Positions 18,842 through 28,627 of a stretch of DNA of 64,000 bases are shown here, one piece after another. Under the pieces are notes generated by a model. The model saw only the letters and a list, made by a program, of their open reading frames with translations, was not told the DNA's origin and did not search any database. The DNA comes from Candidatus Fervidibacter sp. GTDB lineage: Bacteria; Armatimonadota; Fervidibacteria; Fervidibacterales; Fervidibacteraceae. The position numbers and the translations under genes are program-made. The first letter of the stretch is position 1. Every line of letters begins with the position of its first letter. Location: positions 2,117 to 66,116 of the forward strand of contig JBGOEP010000003.1 in the NCBI GenBank assembly GCA_041446735.1. Reading direction: 5' to 3'.

Positions 18842-20389
18842 TCAAAGGGGCAAGGCAACGCCGTCGCCGCGAAGGTCGGCACAGCCGCACCAACTTTTGC
18901 CGACTCGCTCAATGCCGTGTGTCACGCCCGTCCCGCCAGGGTAAGGGACGAGTTGCGGTTGCCAACCGAGGGAGAACAACTCTGTCGGGTCAGTCAACCC
19001 TTGCTCCACCAGCAAAGTTCGCCCGCCCAGCCAAAGGGCGCGGGGCGCTTCTATCGCCGCTTGCAACGACATCCCGAAATCCAGCCAACGGAGCAAAATC
19101 CAAGCGTGAATGGTCGGGCGAAAATCGCCGCCACTGGTGCCCAAAAGCCCTTTCACTGCGCCCCGTTCGTCCAACACCAGCAACGCCGAAAGGGTGTGGC
19201 GGGGTCGTTTGCCGCCCATCAGTTCGTTGGGATGCCCTTCCGTCAGCACGAAGTTGGCGCCGCGATTTTGGAAAAGCACGCCCGTTTGCGGCTCCAAAAT
19301 GCCTGAGCCGAAGGCGTGAAAGAGGCTTTGAATGGCTGACAACGCGTTGCCGTCGGCGTCCACGATGACGAAATTGGTCGTGTCGCCGTCCGAAGAAGCC
19401 AAGCGAAGGGGCGGTTGCGAAAGGCGTTGGCGCAAGCGCTCAAGGTGTTCAGGGCTCAAAAGCGTTTCGGGCGGATGAGGCACAAAGTCTGGGTCGGCAA
19501 GGTAAGCGTCTCGCTCTTCGGCGACGAGGGTGGCGATGGTGGCGACATGGGCGACTAATTCCGCCGCTTTCCACTGATTGACAGGCAACGATTGAAGCAG
19601 CGCCATCGTTTGGAGCGTGGCGATGCCCAAGGAGTTGGGCGGAAGTTCCAACAGCGTGACATTGCGGTAGCGCAGGGAAATCGGTGACACCCATTCGCCA
19701 TGATGGCTGGCGAAATCGTCGGGCGTTATCGGGCTACCAAAGCGTTGCAAATGGGTCGCCAACTTTTGTGCCGTCTCGCCCGCATAAAACCCGTCTCGCC
19801 CTTCGGCGGCGATGCGCTGAAGGGTTTGCGCCAAAGCGGGTTGGCAAAGGCGTTGCCCTGCGGTCAAGGGCTTACCGTTGTGAAAGAAGACTGTGCAGCA
19901 GCCTTCGTCGTGCGCCAATCGGTCGGCGTTAGTGGCGATGGCGTGGGCAAGTTTGGGCGAAACGACGAACCCTTCCTCGGCGACGGCGATAGCGAATTGC
20001 CACAGCGATGCCCAATTCAGTCGTCCAAAGTGTTGGTGGAGTTGCCAGAGGGCATCCACCAAGCCAGGGACGGTGACAGAAAGAGCGCTGTAGGTGGGCA
20101 TCGTCCGCAAACCTCGTCGGCGCAAATCGGCGGCAGAAAGATTTTTGGGGGCGCGTCCACTGCCGTTGAAAGCAAGGGCAGTTTGCTCTTTCGCCAGCCA
20201 AGTTAACCCGAAAAAGTCGCCACCCAACCCGCAAAGGTGCGGGGTGACGACGGCGAGGGTGGCGCCGACGGCGACAGCGGCGTCGGCGAAGTTTCCGCCT
20301 TGCCGAAGAATTTGCCAACCTGCCAGCGTTGCGAGCGGATGTTCCGAAACAATCATCCCCTTGACAGACCAGGCGGGCATCTTGAGCAT
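18842..20389 (-). CDS. ggt: Gamma-glutamyltransferase (paralog 1, no signal peptide)
   Basis: HPLA..G.FADAAVA, GLGGD, VTVPG, catalytic DTTNFVIVD, NRG..F, GKRP. Start near 20389 (possibly GTG 20398 overlapping the upstream stop). Confidence 0.9.
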   Translation of the reverse strand: MLKMPAWSVKGMIVSEHPLATLAGWQILRQGGNFADAAVAVGATLAVVTPHLCGLGGDFFGLTWLAKEQTALAFNGSGRAPKNLSAADLRRRGLRTMPTYSALSVTVPGLVDALWQLHQHFGRLNWASLWQFAIAVAEEGFVVSPKLAHAIATNADRLAHDEGCCTVFFHNGKPLTAGQRLCQPALAQTLQRIAAEGRDGFYAGETAQKLATHLQRFGSPITPDDFASHHGEWVSPISLRYRNVTLLELPPNSLGIATLQTMALLQSLPVNQWKAAELVAHVATIATLVAEERDAYLADPDFVPHPPETLLSPEHLERLRQRLSQPPLRLASSDGDTTNFVIVDADGNALSAIQSLFHAFGSGILEPQTGVLFQNRGANFVLTEGHPNELMGGKRPRHTLSALLVLDERGAVKGLLGTSGGDFRPTIHAWILLRWLDFGMSLQAAIEAPRALWLGGRTLLVEQGLTDPTELFSLGWQPQLVPYPGGTGVTHGIERVGKSWCGCADLRGDGVALPL

Positions 20390-20394
20390 CGTCG

Positions 20395-22503
20395 TCACCA
20401 CCGAGTTAGCCACTCTTTCACGGATTGCCACGACCATTGGGAGCGGACGAACCAGCGGGCATAGTTGCGGGCTTGTTGGCGGAAAGTTTGCAAGGCTTGG
20501 CGGGCGGCTTGGCAATCTTCATCGGACGGTTCAACGCCTGCGTAAAGCGCCATCACGACCAAATCCGCCAAGCGTCGGAAGGCTGACTTGCCTGCGAGGG
20601 GGAAGCGAGGGATGGTGTCGCATCGGTGGGCGTTTTCCCAAGGGGTGTTGCGAATGTCAAGGGGCATACCCAAGCGGCGGGCATAACGGACGGCGGAAAG
20701 GTAAGCGTCCACGAGGCGGCGCCAACGGGGCTTAGGGCGATAAGTCTCCCAAGCGAGGCGCCCCGCTTGAACGGCGAGGGGGAAGGCAGCCATCATCCAA
20801 AGGGCAACAACCAACCACCAGATGAAATTGGGACTGACAAGGGAGAGGCGGTAGGAGCGGGACAGCCATTGCTGCATGCGTTGGAGAAGATTTTGGCGAC
20901 GGGTGATGGCGCCACTGGGGGTGGCGTCCAAAGTGACCCAACCGCGCCCGTCAATGTAGGCTTCCACCCAAGCGTGGGCATGGCTGGCGCGAATCAAAAG
21001 CGTCCCTTCGGGGGTGACTTCATCGCTGTAAAAGCCCGTGATGACACGGGCGGGAATGCCAACAGCGCGGCACATCAAGGTCAGGGCGCTGGCGAACCAA
21101 TCGCAAGCGCCCTCTCTGGCTTCAAAAAGGAAGAACGCCACGACATCGCGAGGTTCGCGCCAAGCAGGCGGAGGGGAAATGGAATAGCGATAATGCGTCT
21201 GAAGGAAGGCTTCCAAAGCCTTCGCCTTTGCGTAAGGTGTGTCCAAGCCCTGCGTGATTTGTTGGGCTAAGAGGCGGACGGGATGCAAGTAGTAAGGGAA
21301 AGCGGTAAGGAGACGCCGCTCCATAGGTGTCAAGGGCGGGTCGGTGTCAGGGGGCGGGGGGAGTTCGGGGAGGGGACGGGCACTCACGCGATAGCCATAA
21401 GTTTCCAGTTGACGCAAGGGCAACAGACAACCGCTGGGCGTTCGGGGCACAGGGAAGGGCGAAGTTTGACGGATGCGAAGCCGTTGGACGACGCCAGGGG
21501 CGGGCAGTTCATTCAGGAAACCCAAAGGGGCGGTGACGATGGCGGTTTGGGTCGGCAGGCGAGGGGATGGATTGGTTTCCCAGACCAACTCCACGACACC
21601 CGGGCGGTCGGTGGGGCGCACCGAGAGGGGTAGTTGAGGTTCGGTGTCCAAAGGACTAACGCGCCAACCTGAACCGAGGTAATGGGTGTAAGAACGAACT
21701 CGCCAACGGGGATAAGTCGTGCCCTGCACTTCGTAAAGCAAAGTGTCGGGCAAGTTGATGGGACCGCCGGGCATCGTGAACACATCGGGAAATTCCACGC
21801 CGCCACCGACGAGGCTGGCGAACCGAAAGCGGGGCAGGCGCATCAATTGGCGGCTTAAGGGCTCTTGCAAAAGAGTAGCAGGCGGCACCAACAGCAAGCC
21901 GATAGTCAACACGAGGGCGCTGGCGGTCACGGCTAATCGCCAACAGTAGCGCAAAAACATCGGCGCGGTGATAGTGCCCAAATGTCCCCGTTGCCATCGG
22001 ATCAAAAGGCTCTCGGCGCTGACCAAGAACAAGCCAATGACCATCGCCATGACGATGCCCAAGACACTCTCTGTCGTCACAAACAGCGGGATGATCAGCC
22101 CAAAGAGGGAAAGGGTGGGGACGACGAGGAAGGAAAGCCCTGCGTAAAATTGCCCCCAGTTTCGCCCGACCCAGAAAGCGACCAAGACAGTGACGATGCT
22201 GATCACCGCCAGCCATGCGATATCGGCAGGGGCGTTCCCTAAGAAGGCGAGGGGAAGTTGGGTGACCAAGAGGGAAAGGAGTGTCCCTTGCCCGCCCAGC
22301 CAAAGGAGCCATCCGATGCCTTTGCCCCAAGCGGTGTGGGTTTGAAGGAAATTCGCCACGATCCCAAGGCTCGCCAGCGAAAAACACATCAACGCAAAGG
22401 AAGGGCTTTCCACCGTCAAACCGACCATCCAGAAATCCACCGCCAACAAAACGAGGGCAGCGAGATAGAGGGGCGAAAAAGCCGCCCACTTTCGCGTCGT
22501 CAT
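20395..22503 (-). CDS. Membrane-anchored transglutaminase-like protein (TgpA-like)
   Basis: About 7 N-terminal TM helices; triad motifs GACDWFASA, HAHAWVE, LDATP. ATG 22503 overlaps the DUF58 stop (ATGA). Confidence 0.85.
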   Translation of the reverse strand: MTTRKWAAFSPLYLAALVLLAVDFWMVGLTVESPSFALMCFSLASLGIVANFLQTHTAWGKGIGWLLWLGGQGTLLSLLVTQLPLAFLGNAPADIAWLAVISIVTVLVAFWVGRNWGQFYAGLSFLVVPTLSLFGLIIPLFVTTESVLGIVMAMVIGLFLVSAESLLIRWQRGHLGTITAPMFLRYCWRLAVTASALVLTIGLLLVPPATLLQEPLSRQLMRLPRFRFASLVGGGVEFPDVFTMPGGPINLPDTLLYEVQGTTYPRWRVRSYTHYLGSGWRVSPLDTEPQLPLSVRPTDRPGVVELVWETNPSPRLPTQTAIVTAPLGFLNELPAPGVVQRLRIRQTSPFPVPRTPSGCLLPLRQLETYGYRVSARPLPELPPPPDTDPPLTPMERRLLTAFPYYLHPVRLLAQQITQGLDTPYAKAKALEAFLQTHYRYSISPPPAWREPRDVVAFFLFEAREGACDWFASALTLMCRAVGIPARVITGFYSDEVTPEGTLLIRASHAHAWVEAYIDGRGWVTLDATPSGAITRRQNLLQRMQQWLSRSYRLSLVSPNFIWWLVVALWMMAAFPLAVQAGRLAWETYRPKPRWRRLVDAYLSAVRYARRLGMPLDIRNTPWENAHRCDTIPRFPLAGKSAFRRLADLVVMALYAGVEPSDEDCQAARQALQTFRQQARNYARWFVRSQWSWQSVKEWLTRW

Positions 22504-23693
22504 ACCCTTCCCTCCCCTGCCCCTATCGGGCGTGATGGGATGGCTACTTCCTGTGAGCGCCACGGCAATTGCCAAACGAGCCAACCTGCCTGCGCCGCCC
22601 GCTCAAATTGGGCTAAGAAGGGCGACAAAGGCGTCGTCAAAATCACGCCCACACCTTGCTCGGCGAAATCGTCAGGCAACATGTAAGGCTTAGGGGCAAG
22701 CAACGCCAGCGAGCGCCAAAGGGCGTGCCAGTCTTTGCCCGTCACGGTCAAAGGCGGGTCGGGCGGCACCCAAAAATGCACCTGATAGCCGCCCTGCAGC
22801 CACTCCCGCAGCAAAAATGCGGCGACCCTGACCAACTCATCCAGCGTCGTCTCTCCCTCCTCGTCCCTCATCCCGCGCCCTGCGTCCCGTTCCAAAGGGC
22901 AATGGGCGTGGGGATGGCGGTCCAGCAAAAGCAGGCAACCTTCCCGCAGGGCAGGCAGCATCTGGCGGACAAACAACTCGTCCCGATGGGCAGTGATTTT
23001 CCAGTGGAGGTAGCGCAACGGGTCACCCGGTTGATAAGGGCGGACGCCCCACGCTTCTGCGCCTGTCGGCGTCGGCAGCCAAAGGGTTGTGGTCGTCTCC
23101 TCCCAACGAAGGATTTGCTCAGCACCACGCGGTGTCAAGTCAATGGGCTTAGGTCGGGGATAGACGAGGATGGTCGCATCCATCTTCACCGACCGCCGCA
23201 CGATGAACAACCCGAAGGGGTCTTGCCCCCAAAGTTCTGCCGTCCCGACGGGATGCAAACCCCGTCGGCGAAACCAAACTGTCAAGGTCGCTTCCGCTGG
23301 TTGTTGACGGGTGGCATGCCCAAAGACGAGGTGCGGAGGTCGGTCCGTTTGCGCCCCACTGGGCAAACTCACCCGCGCCTCCACGAGGAAGCGAGGCAAT
23401 CGCCCCTCGTTCACCAACCGCAAGCGCAAAGTCGTCGGTTGCCCCTCTACCACTTCAGGGCTGGCGACCACTTCCAGCCGCAGGGGATGCAAAAGCCAGT
23501 GGGCAAAAAAGAAGGCAAATGCCCAAAGCAACATCAGGCTGAAAGTGATTAGGAACAGCAACGGGATGCCCAAGACGAGGCTGACTAAGGCGAAGGCGAT
23601 GATGGCAGTCAGCAACGCCGTCCGACGAAGGCGGGGCGTTAGCAGGGTCGTCTCCGTGTCATCGGGCAACTTTTGAGTGTCTTGGGCATCCAT
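22500..23693 (-). CDS. DUF58 domain protein
   Basis: RRGLH..DPFGLF, LVYP, VRPYQPGDPLRYLHWKITA; located between MoxR and the transglutaminase. Confidence 0.9.
   Translation of the reverse strand: MDAQDTQKLPDDTETTLLTPRLRRTALLTAIIAFALVSLVLGIPLLFLITFSLMLLWAFAFFFAHWLLHPLRLEVVASPEVVEGQPTTLRLRLVNEGRLPRFLVEARVSLPSGAQTDRPPHLVFGHATRQQPAEATLTVWFRRRGLHPVGTAELWGQDPFGLFIVRRSVKMDATILVYPRPKPIDLTPRGAEQILRWEETTTTLWLPTPTGAEAWGVRPYQPGDPLRYLHWKITAHRDELFVRQMLPALREGCLLLLDRHPHAHCPLERDAGRGMRDEEGETTLDELVRVAAFLLREWLQGGYQVHFWVPPDPPLTVTGKDWHALWRSLALLAPKPYMLPDDFAEQGVGVILTTPLSPFLAQFERAAQAGWLVWQLPWRSQEVAIPSRPIGAGEGRV
22861..22888. repeat. TCGTCCC-family heptamer tract inside the DUF58 CDS
   Basis: TCGTCCC TCATCCC GCGCCCT GCGTCCC; encodes RDAGRGMRDE on the minus strand. 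Confidence 0.55.
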
Positions 23694-23726
23694 GCTTTCC
23701 TCGCTCCCTTTCCCCCAAGGGCTTTG

Positions 23727-24692
23727 TCATCGCTCCAAAGGGGGCGGAGTATTGTGAAGCACTTCCACGATGATTTGCTCGGCGGTTAAGTGACGGGCGG
23801 TTGCCTCTGCCTTCAGGATAAGCCGATGGGAAAGGACCGCAGCGGCGACGGCTTTGATGTCATCAGGCGTTACGAAAGTCCGTCCGTGCATCAATGCCCA
23901 TGCCTGACCTGCCCGCATCAGCCCTAACGACCCGCGCGGGCTTGCGCCCAAGGCAACGGCGGGATGCTGGCGGGTGGCTGTCACCAGTTGGACGATGTAG
24001 CGACGAAGGGCGGGGCTCAAATGCACCTGCCGCACCAGCCGCTGCACCGCCAAAACCCCCGCACTGTCAAGGACGGGCTCTAAGCGTTCCAACGGGTGTT
24101 CAAGGGCTTGCTGTTGCAAGATGAGGGCTTCTTCATCGGGTTGGGGATAACCCAAGTGCACCCGCATCAAAAACCTGTCCAGTTGCGCTTCGGGCAAAGG
24201 GTAAGTGCCGTGCCGTTCAATGGGGTTTTGCGTGGCGATGACGAAAAAGGGGCGAGGCAAAGTGTAAGTCACTCCGTCCACACTCACTTGTCCCTCGCCC
24301 ATCGCTTCCAGCAAAGCCGATTGCGTTCGCGGGGTCGTTCGGTTGATTTCATCCGCCAAAACGATGTTGGCGAACACCGCACCAGGGCGGAACTCAAACT
24401 CGCCCGTCTTCTGGTTGAACACCGTCACGCCCGTGATGTCGGACGGCAACAGGTCAGGTGTGAATTGGATGCGTTTGAAAGTTCCGCCGATGCATTTCGC
24501 TAAGGCTTTCGCCAAAGTCGTTTTGCCCACGCCAGGGATGTCTTCAATGAGCAAATGACCCTCGGCAAAAAGCGTCGCCACTGCCAAGCGCACGGCGTAA
24601 CTTTTGCCGAGGATGACTTTCTCCACCGCCTCCGCCACTGCCGCCATCGCACGGGCAGCCTGCTCAAACTCTTGCGATACTGTCAACGCCAA
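23727..24692 (-). CDS. moxR: MoxR family AAA+ ATPase
   Basis: EDIPGVGKT, RIQFTPDLLPSD, DEINR, ATQNP, LPEAQLDRF; AGGAGG RBS before TTG. Confidence 0.95.
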   Translation of the reverse strand: MALTVSQEFEQAARAMAAVAEAVEKVILGKSYAVRLAVATLFAEGHLLIEDIPGVGKTTLAKALAKCIGGTFKRIQFTPDLLPSDITGVTVFNQKTGEFEFRPGAVFANIVLADEINRTTPRTQSALLEAMGEGQVSVDGVTYTLPRPFFVIATQNPIERHGTYPLPEAQLDRFLMRVHLGYPQPDEEALILQQQALEHPLERLEPVLDSAGVLAVQRLVRQVHLSPALRRYIVQLVTATRQHPAVALGASPRGSLGLMRAGQAWALMHGRTFVTPDDIKAVAAAVLSHRLILKAEATARHLTAEQIIVEVLHNTPPPLER

Positions 24693-24722
24693 AACCTCCT
24701 TGACGGCATTGGCTTTTTCCCG

Positions 24723-25634
24723 CTACCGAAGGGGTGAAAGGCGCCAATGCCGCCCGTCTGTCCAGACCAGCAACCCACCCTGTGCATCGGTTCGCCAAAT
24801 CGTGGCGTTTAAGGCTTGCAACTCCGCCAGCGTTTCGGCGGCGGGATGCCCGAAGGGATTATTGCGCCCTGAAGAGATGACCGCTACTTTTGGACGCACC
24901 GCCCGAAGGAAAGGCGCAAGGACATGCCGAGAGCCGTGATGGGGCACATCCAATATCGTCGCCTGCAAATCCATCCCGCTGCGCAAGAGCCATCGTTGGG
25001 CTTGCTCGCCCGCATCGCCCGTCGCCAGCAAACTCACCGCACCAAACCGCACCTTGACAACGGCGGAAGCGTCATTGGCATTCATCGGCGACGAACGCGC
25101 TGGCATCCCGTCAGGCGGACCGAGCACTTCGGCGACGACGCCATGACGGACATCCAGCCACAACTTCTGTCCTTGACGAACGCGAACAACCTTCGCCTTT
25201 GCTTGTTGTATCGCCGCTTCAAGGGCAAGGTAACCCGTTTCCATGCTGGACACAATCGGTTGCCAAAACAAGGTCGGCGGTAACCTTTGCACGATGGCGG
25301 GCAAGGCGTTGCAATGGTCGTCGTGGGGATGAGTGACGAGGACAGCGTCCAGAGCGCGCACGCCCAGCCGACGCAGAACAGGCAAGATGGTTCGCTCCGC
25401 CACTTCCTCGCCTCGGTTGTCCTCGCCGTAAGCATGGCTGCCGCCGTCTATCATCAGCGTCCGACCGTTGGGGGCGATGACGAGCAAGCATTTGCCCTGC
25501 CCGACATCCACGAAAGCGAAGCGCGCTTCGGGATGCCATTCCCGCCACGCCGTCCAACCGCTCCATCCCGTTAGCAGCATCAACCCGAACAAAGCGATGT
25601 GCCTTGCCCTTGACAACATCGCCTCTACCTTCAT
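24723..25634 (-). CDS. ComEC/Rec2-type metallo-beta-lactamase fold hydrolase (stand-alone MBL domain)
   Basis: FVDVGQG, LIDGG-like MIDGG, THPHDDH, TGDA, HHGSR, NPFGHP; N-terminal TM helix. Start moved to 25634. Confidence 0.85.
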   Translation of the reverse strand: MKVEAMLSRARHIALFGLMLLTGWSGWTAWREWHPEARFAFVDVGQGKCLLVIAPNGRTLMIDGGSHAYGEDNRGEEVAERTILPVLRRLGVRALDAVLVTHPHDDHCNALPAIVQRLPPTLFWQPIVSSMETGYLALEAAIQQAKAKVVRVRQGQKLWLDVRHGVVAEVLGPPDGMPARSSPMNANDASAVVKVRFGAVSLLATGDAGEQAQRWLLRSGMDLQATILDVPHHGSRHVLAPFLRAVRPKVAVISSGRNNPFGHPAAETLAELQALNATIWRTDAQGGLLVWTDGRHWRLSPLR

Positions 25635-25698
25635 TCCGCTCCCGCCCTTTTTCAGTTCGCAACGCTCCCCAAGCGACAGGGCGCGCTCGTCTTTTCGG

Positions 25699-27558
25699 TC
25701 ATCTCGCAAAACGATGCCATGAGCGGCTGCGGATGAACTCCACCAGCGGCAGGGCGTATTCGGCGCGGGAAAACGGTGGGACGAGGAAAACGCCGGGGCA
25801 ATGCGCCAACGCAACTTCAATCAACTCTTGGGCGATGGCGATGCCTTCGGCAAGTTGTCGCTCCTTTGGGGCACTTTCCATGCGGCGCAGCACTTCGTCG
25901 GGTAACCGCACCCCAGGGACGGTTTTCCAAAAGGCGGCATTGCGGGCGCTGGTGAGGATGGCGATGCCGACGAAGATGGGGACGCCGACTTCCTCCATGA
26001 CTTGCCCGCACGCTTTGATGCGTTCGGGATCAAAGACGGCTTGGGTCAGGACGAACTGCGCGCCTTTAGCGACCTTGCGTTTCAGCCGTTTCACTTCCGC
26101 CGCCAAGTTGGGCACATTGGGGTTGAAGCCTGCGCCGATCAAAAAGTCCGTCCGCTTGCCGATGGGCGCATCCACCCAATTGACGCCCCGATTGAGTTTG
26201 CTCAGCAACTCCATCAGTTGGAAACTGTTCAGGTCATAGACGCTGCTGGCGCCGACATCGGGCGCTAAGCGGGCGGGGTCACCCGTCACCGCCAAGACGG
26301 CGGGGATGCCCAACACCGCCATCCCCATCAACAGCGATTGCGCCCCGATGAGGTTGTGGTCGCGCCCGGCGAAATGGCAAATGGTCGGGATGCCCGCTTC
26401 CCGTTGCATCAAAAACGCCATCACCAAATTGCTCAGCCGCACCGACGCTAAGGAGTTGTCGCCGAGGCTGATGGCGTCCACGCCCGCCCGCGCCAACAAC
26501 TTCGCCCCCTCCAAAATCGGCTCGTAATCCAGCCCGCGTGGCGGGTCTAACTCCACGATGACGATGGGTTCGCGCCAAAGTTTGCCCAGAAAGTTGGGCA
26601 TGGGTGATTTGAGTTTCGGTTGCTCTTCGGGCTTGACTTCTATGCGGCGGGCGATGCGGGGTTGAGGTGCTTTCGTTCGCAAGCGTTCGGCAAGCAAGCG
26701 GATGTGTTCGGGGGTCGTCCCGCAGCATCCGCCAATCAAATTTGCCCCTGCCCGCCAAAGGTCTTCGCCCAACCTCGCAAACTCGTCGGGTTCGCCCAAA
26801 TAGACGAACCGTCCGTCCACATACTGGGCATAGCCGAGGTTGGGAAACGCCGTGATGGGCAAGTCGGTCAATTTCGCCAGTGCCTGCACGATGCTCAGGT
26901 TGCGCGTCGGCGAAATTCCGCAGTTCGTCCCGATGCCGTCAATGCCCAACCGCTCCAACTCAAAGACCGCCAATGCCGCCCGCCCTTCCGTGCTCCGCTC
27001 CCCTTCATCCATCGCCGCCAACTGCGCGATGACAGGCAAGTCGCAAACTTGCTTGGCAACTTTCACGGCTCTCCGCAAATCGTTCAAATCCACGAAGGTC
27101 TCCAAAAGCAAAAGGTCAACATCGGCTTCCGCAAGGGCGGTGATGAGTTGGCGGTAAGCGTTCTCCAACTCTTCGTCGCTCAATTCCAGCGGGTCTTTCA
27201 ACCGACCGATGGGACCAACCGAACCAGCGACGAAGGCGTCGGCGCTCGTTTCAGCGATCGCTTCGCGCGCCAACCGAACAGCGGTTGCTACGATGTCGCG
27301 CAATTGCCCATCCAAGCCGTAACGCTGCAACCGCAACGGGTTTGCCCCGAAGGTGTTCGTCGTGACGATTTGGGCGCCTGCCAAAAGGTAATCGCAATGG
27401 ATGGTTCGCACCAAATCGGGGGCGGACAAATTTGCTTGTTCGGGTGGCAACCCTTGCGGGAAGCCCCGCCGCCAAAGTTCCGTCCCCATCGCCCCATCGC
27501 CGACAAAAACAACTTCCCGCAGCCGATCCAGCAATTGACGCCCCCGTTGCGTTCCCAT
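25699..27558 (-). CDS. yitJ: Bifunctional homocysteine S-methyltransferase / methylenetetrahydrofolate reductase
   Basis: DGAMGT, TNTFGAN, ETF, GGCCGTTPEHI, followed by an MTHFR domain (ELDPP, KVAKGAQFVLTQ). Confidence 0.9.
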   Translation of the reverse strand: MGTQRGRQLLDRLREVVFVGDGAMGTELWRRGFPQGLPPEQANLSAPDLVRTIHCDYLLAGAQIVTTNTFGANPLRLQRYGLDGQLRDIVATAVRLAREAIAETSADAFVAGSVGPIGRLKDPLELSDEELENAYRQLITALAEADVDLLLLETFVDLNDLRRAVKVAKQVCDLPVIAQLAAMDEGERSTEGRAALAVFELERLGIDGIGTNCGISPTRNLSIVQALAKLTDLPITAFPNLGYAQYVDGRFVYLGEPDEFARLGEDLWRAGANLIGGCCGTTPEHIRLLAERLRTKAPQPRIARRIEVKPEEQPKLKSPMPNFLGKLWREPIVIVELDPPRGLDYEPILEGAKLLARAGVDAISLGDNSLASVRLSNLVMAFLMQREAGIPTICHFAGRDHNLIGAQSLLMGMAVLGIPAVLAVTGDPARLAPDVGASSVYDLNSFQLMELLSKLNRGVNWVDAPIGKRTDFLIGAGFNPNVPNLAAEVKRLKRKVAKGAQFVLTQAVFDPERIKACGQVMEEVGVPIFVGIAILTSARNAAFWKTVPGVRLPDEVLRRMESAPKERQLAEGIAIAQELIEVALAHCPGVFLVPPFSRAEYALPLVEFIRSRSWHRFAR

Positions 27559-27595
27559 CGGTCAATCACCTTCCTTGCCCGTTCGCTGTGAGGCA

Positions 27596-28582
27596 TTAGG
27601 GCGCAAAGCCTTGCGCCCCTACTTTCTTGCGGCTCAACCGCAACTCGTGGCTGCCGTCGGGTCGGCTCATCTCGTAATAGCACCACAACTCGTCGCTAAC
27701 AAGCACCGCATCCAAGTAACGCAACGAACCCGTCCCATACGGGGCGACGAGGGCGGGTCGGCTCAAACTCACCCGCTCCCAACGCCGAAGGTCAAAACTG
27801 AAGGCGATGCCTGTCCGCTCCTCGTAGTTTTCGTCCACCGTGCGACTGCCATCGTAAAAGGCAACGAAGACAGGTGGCAACCAGACGATGCTGCTGATGC
27901 GCCCCGCATAGCCGTCCCATTCGCCAAAGCGATTGCTGAACACCTCGCCTTGCCAGTGCCAATTTTCGGCATCGGCGCTAATTGTCAAGCCTGTGGCGCT
28001 GCGGGAAAGCCCCGTCGCAAACACATCGCCCGTCGCATGCATCGCTTGGCGCATTTCTTCCGTGACGGACAGCGGTGTCGGCGAGAAACTGACGAACATC
28101 AGCCATAAACCTGCCAGTTGATAAATCACGGGGTCTTTGATGCCTTCCACGCCCACTTCGCTGGCTGTCAAGACTTTGCGCCGTTGCGTCGGGTCAAAGC
28201 GGTCAGGCGAGGGGGCGTCAAGGGCGTCAATGCGCCAGCGTCGGTCGGCAGGGTCAACGAAACTGACGAACAATCGCCATCGGTTGGGTTCAAGGCGAAG
28301 GAGGGCACATCGCTCCATGCTCTCCGTGCCCCACTGCTCCTTGCTTACTTCCCAAACGGTCGCAAAGTGGATGCCGTCGGTGCTGCGGGCAATGCGCACC
28401 AAATAGCCCCGATGGGGATGGGGTTTCCGCAAGCGATAGACCAGCCACACATCACCGCTTTCGTCCCACCAGACGCTGGGCGCTCCTGCCCAATTGCCCC
28501 GCCCTTCGGCAGGTGGCGGCACAAGGGTGGTGCCGTCCGTCGGGTCAAAAAGAGGCACGACACCCCAGCAGCGCATCTCCAT
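27596..28582 (-). CDS. Five-bladed beta-propeller glycosidase-like protein (GH32/43/130 clan-like)
   Basis: AGAPSV, SMERCAL, GIKDPVI, AFYDG..ERTGIA, RYLDAV blade motifs. The start may be as far up as 28618. Confidence 0.55.
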   Translation of the reverse strand: MEMRCWGVVPLFDPTDGTTLVPPPAEGRGNWAGAPSVWWDESGDVWLVYRLRKPHPHRGYLVRIARSTDGIHFATVWEVSKEQWGTESMERCALLRLEPNRWRLFVSFVDPADRRWRIDALDAPSPDRFDPTQRRKVLTASEVGVEGIKDPVIYQLAGLWLMFVSFSPTPLSVTEEMRQAMHATGDVFATGLSRSATGLTISADAENWHWQGEVFSNRFGEWDGYAGRISSIVWLPPVFVAFYDGSRTVDENYEERTGIAFSFDLRRWERVSLSRPALVAPYGTGSLRYLDAVLVSDELWCYYEMSRPDGSHELRLSRKKVGAQGFAP

Positions 28583-28627
28583 TCCCCCATTCCGCCGACT
28601 TACGGTCAACCTGCCCACCTGCCCGCT

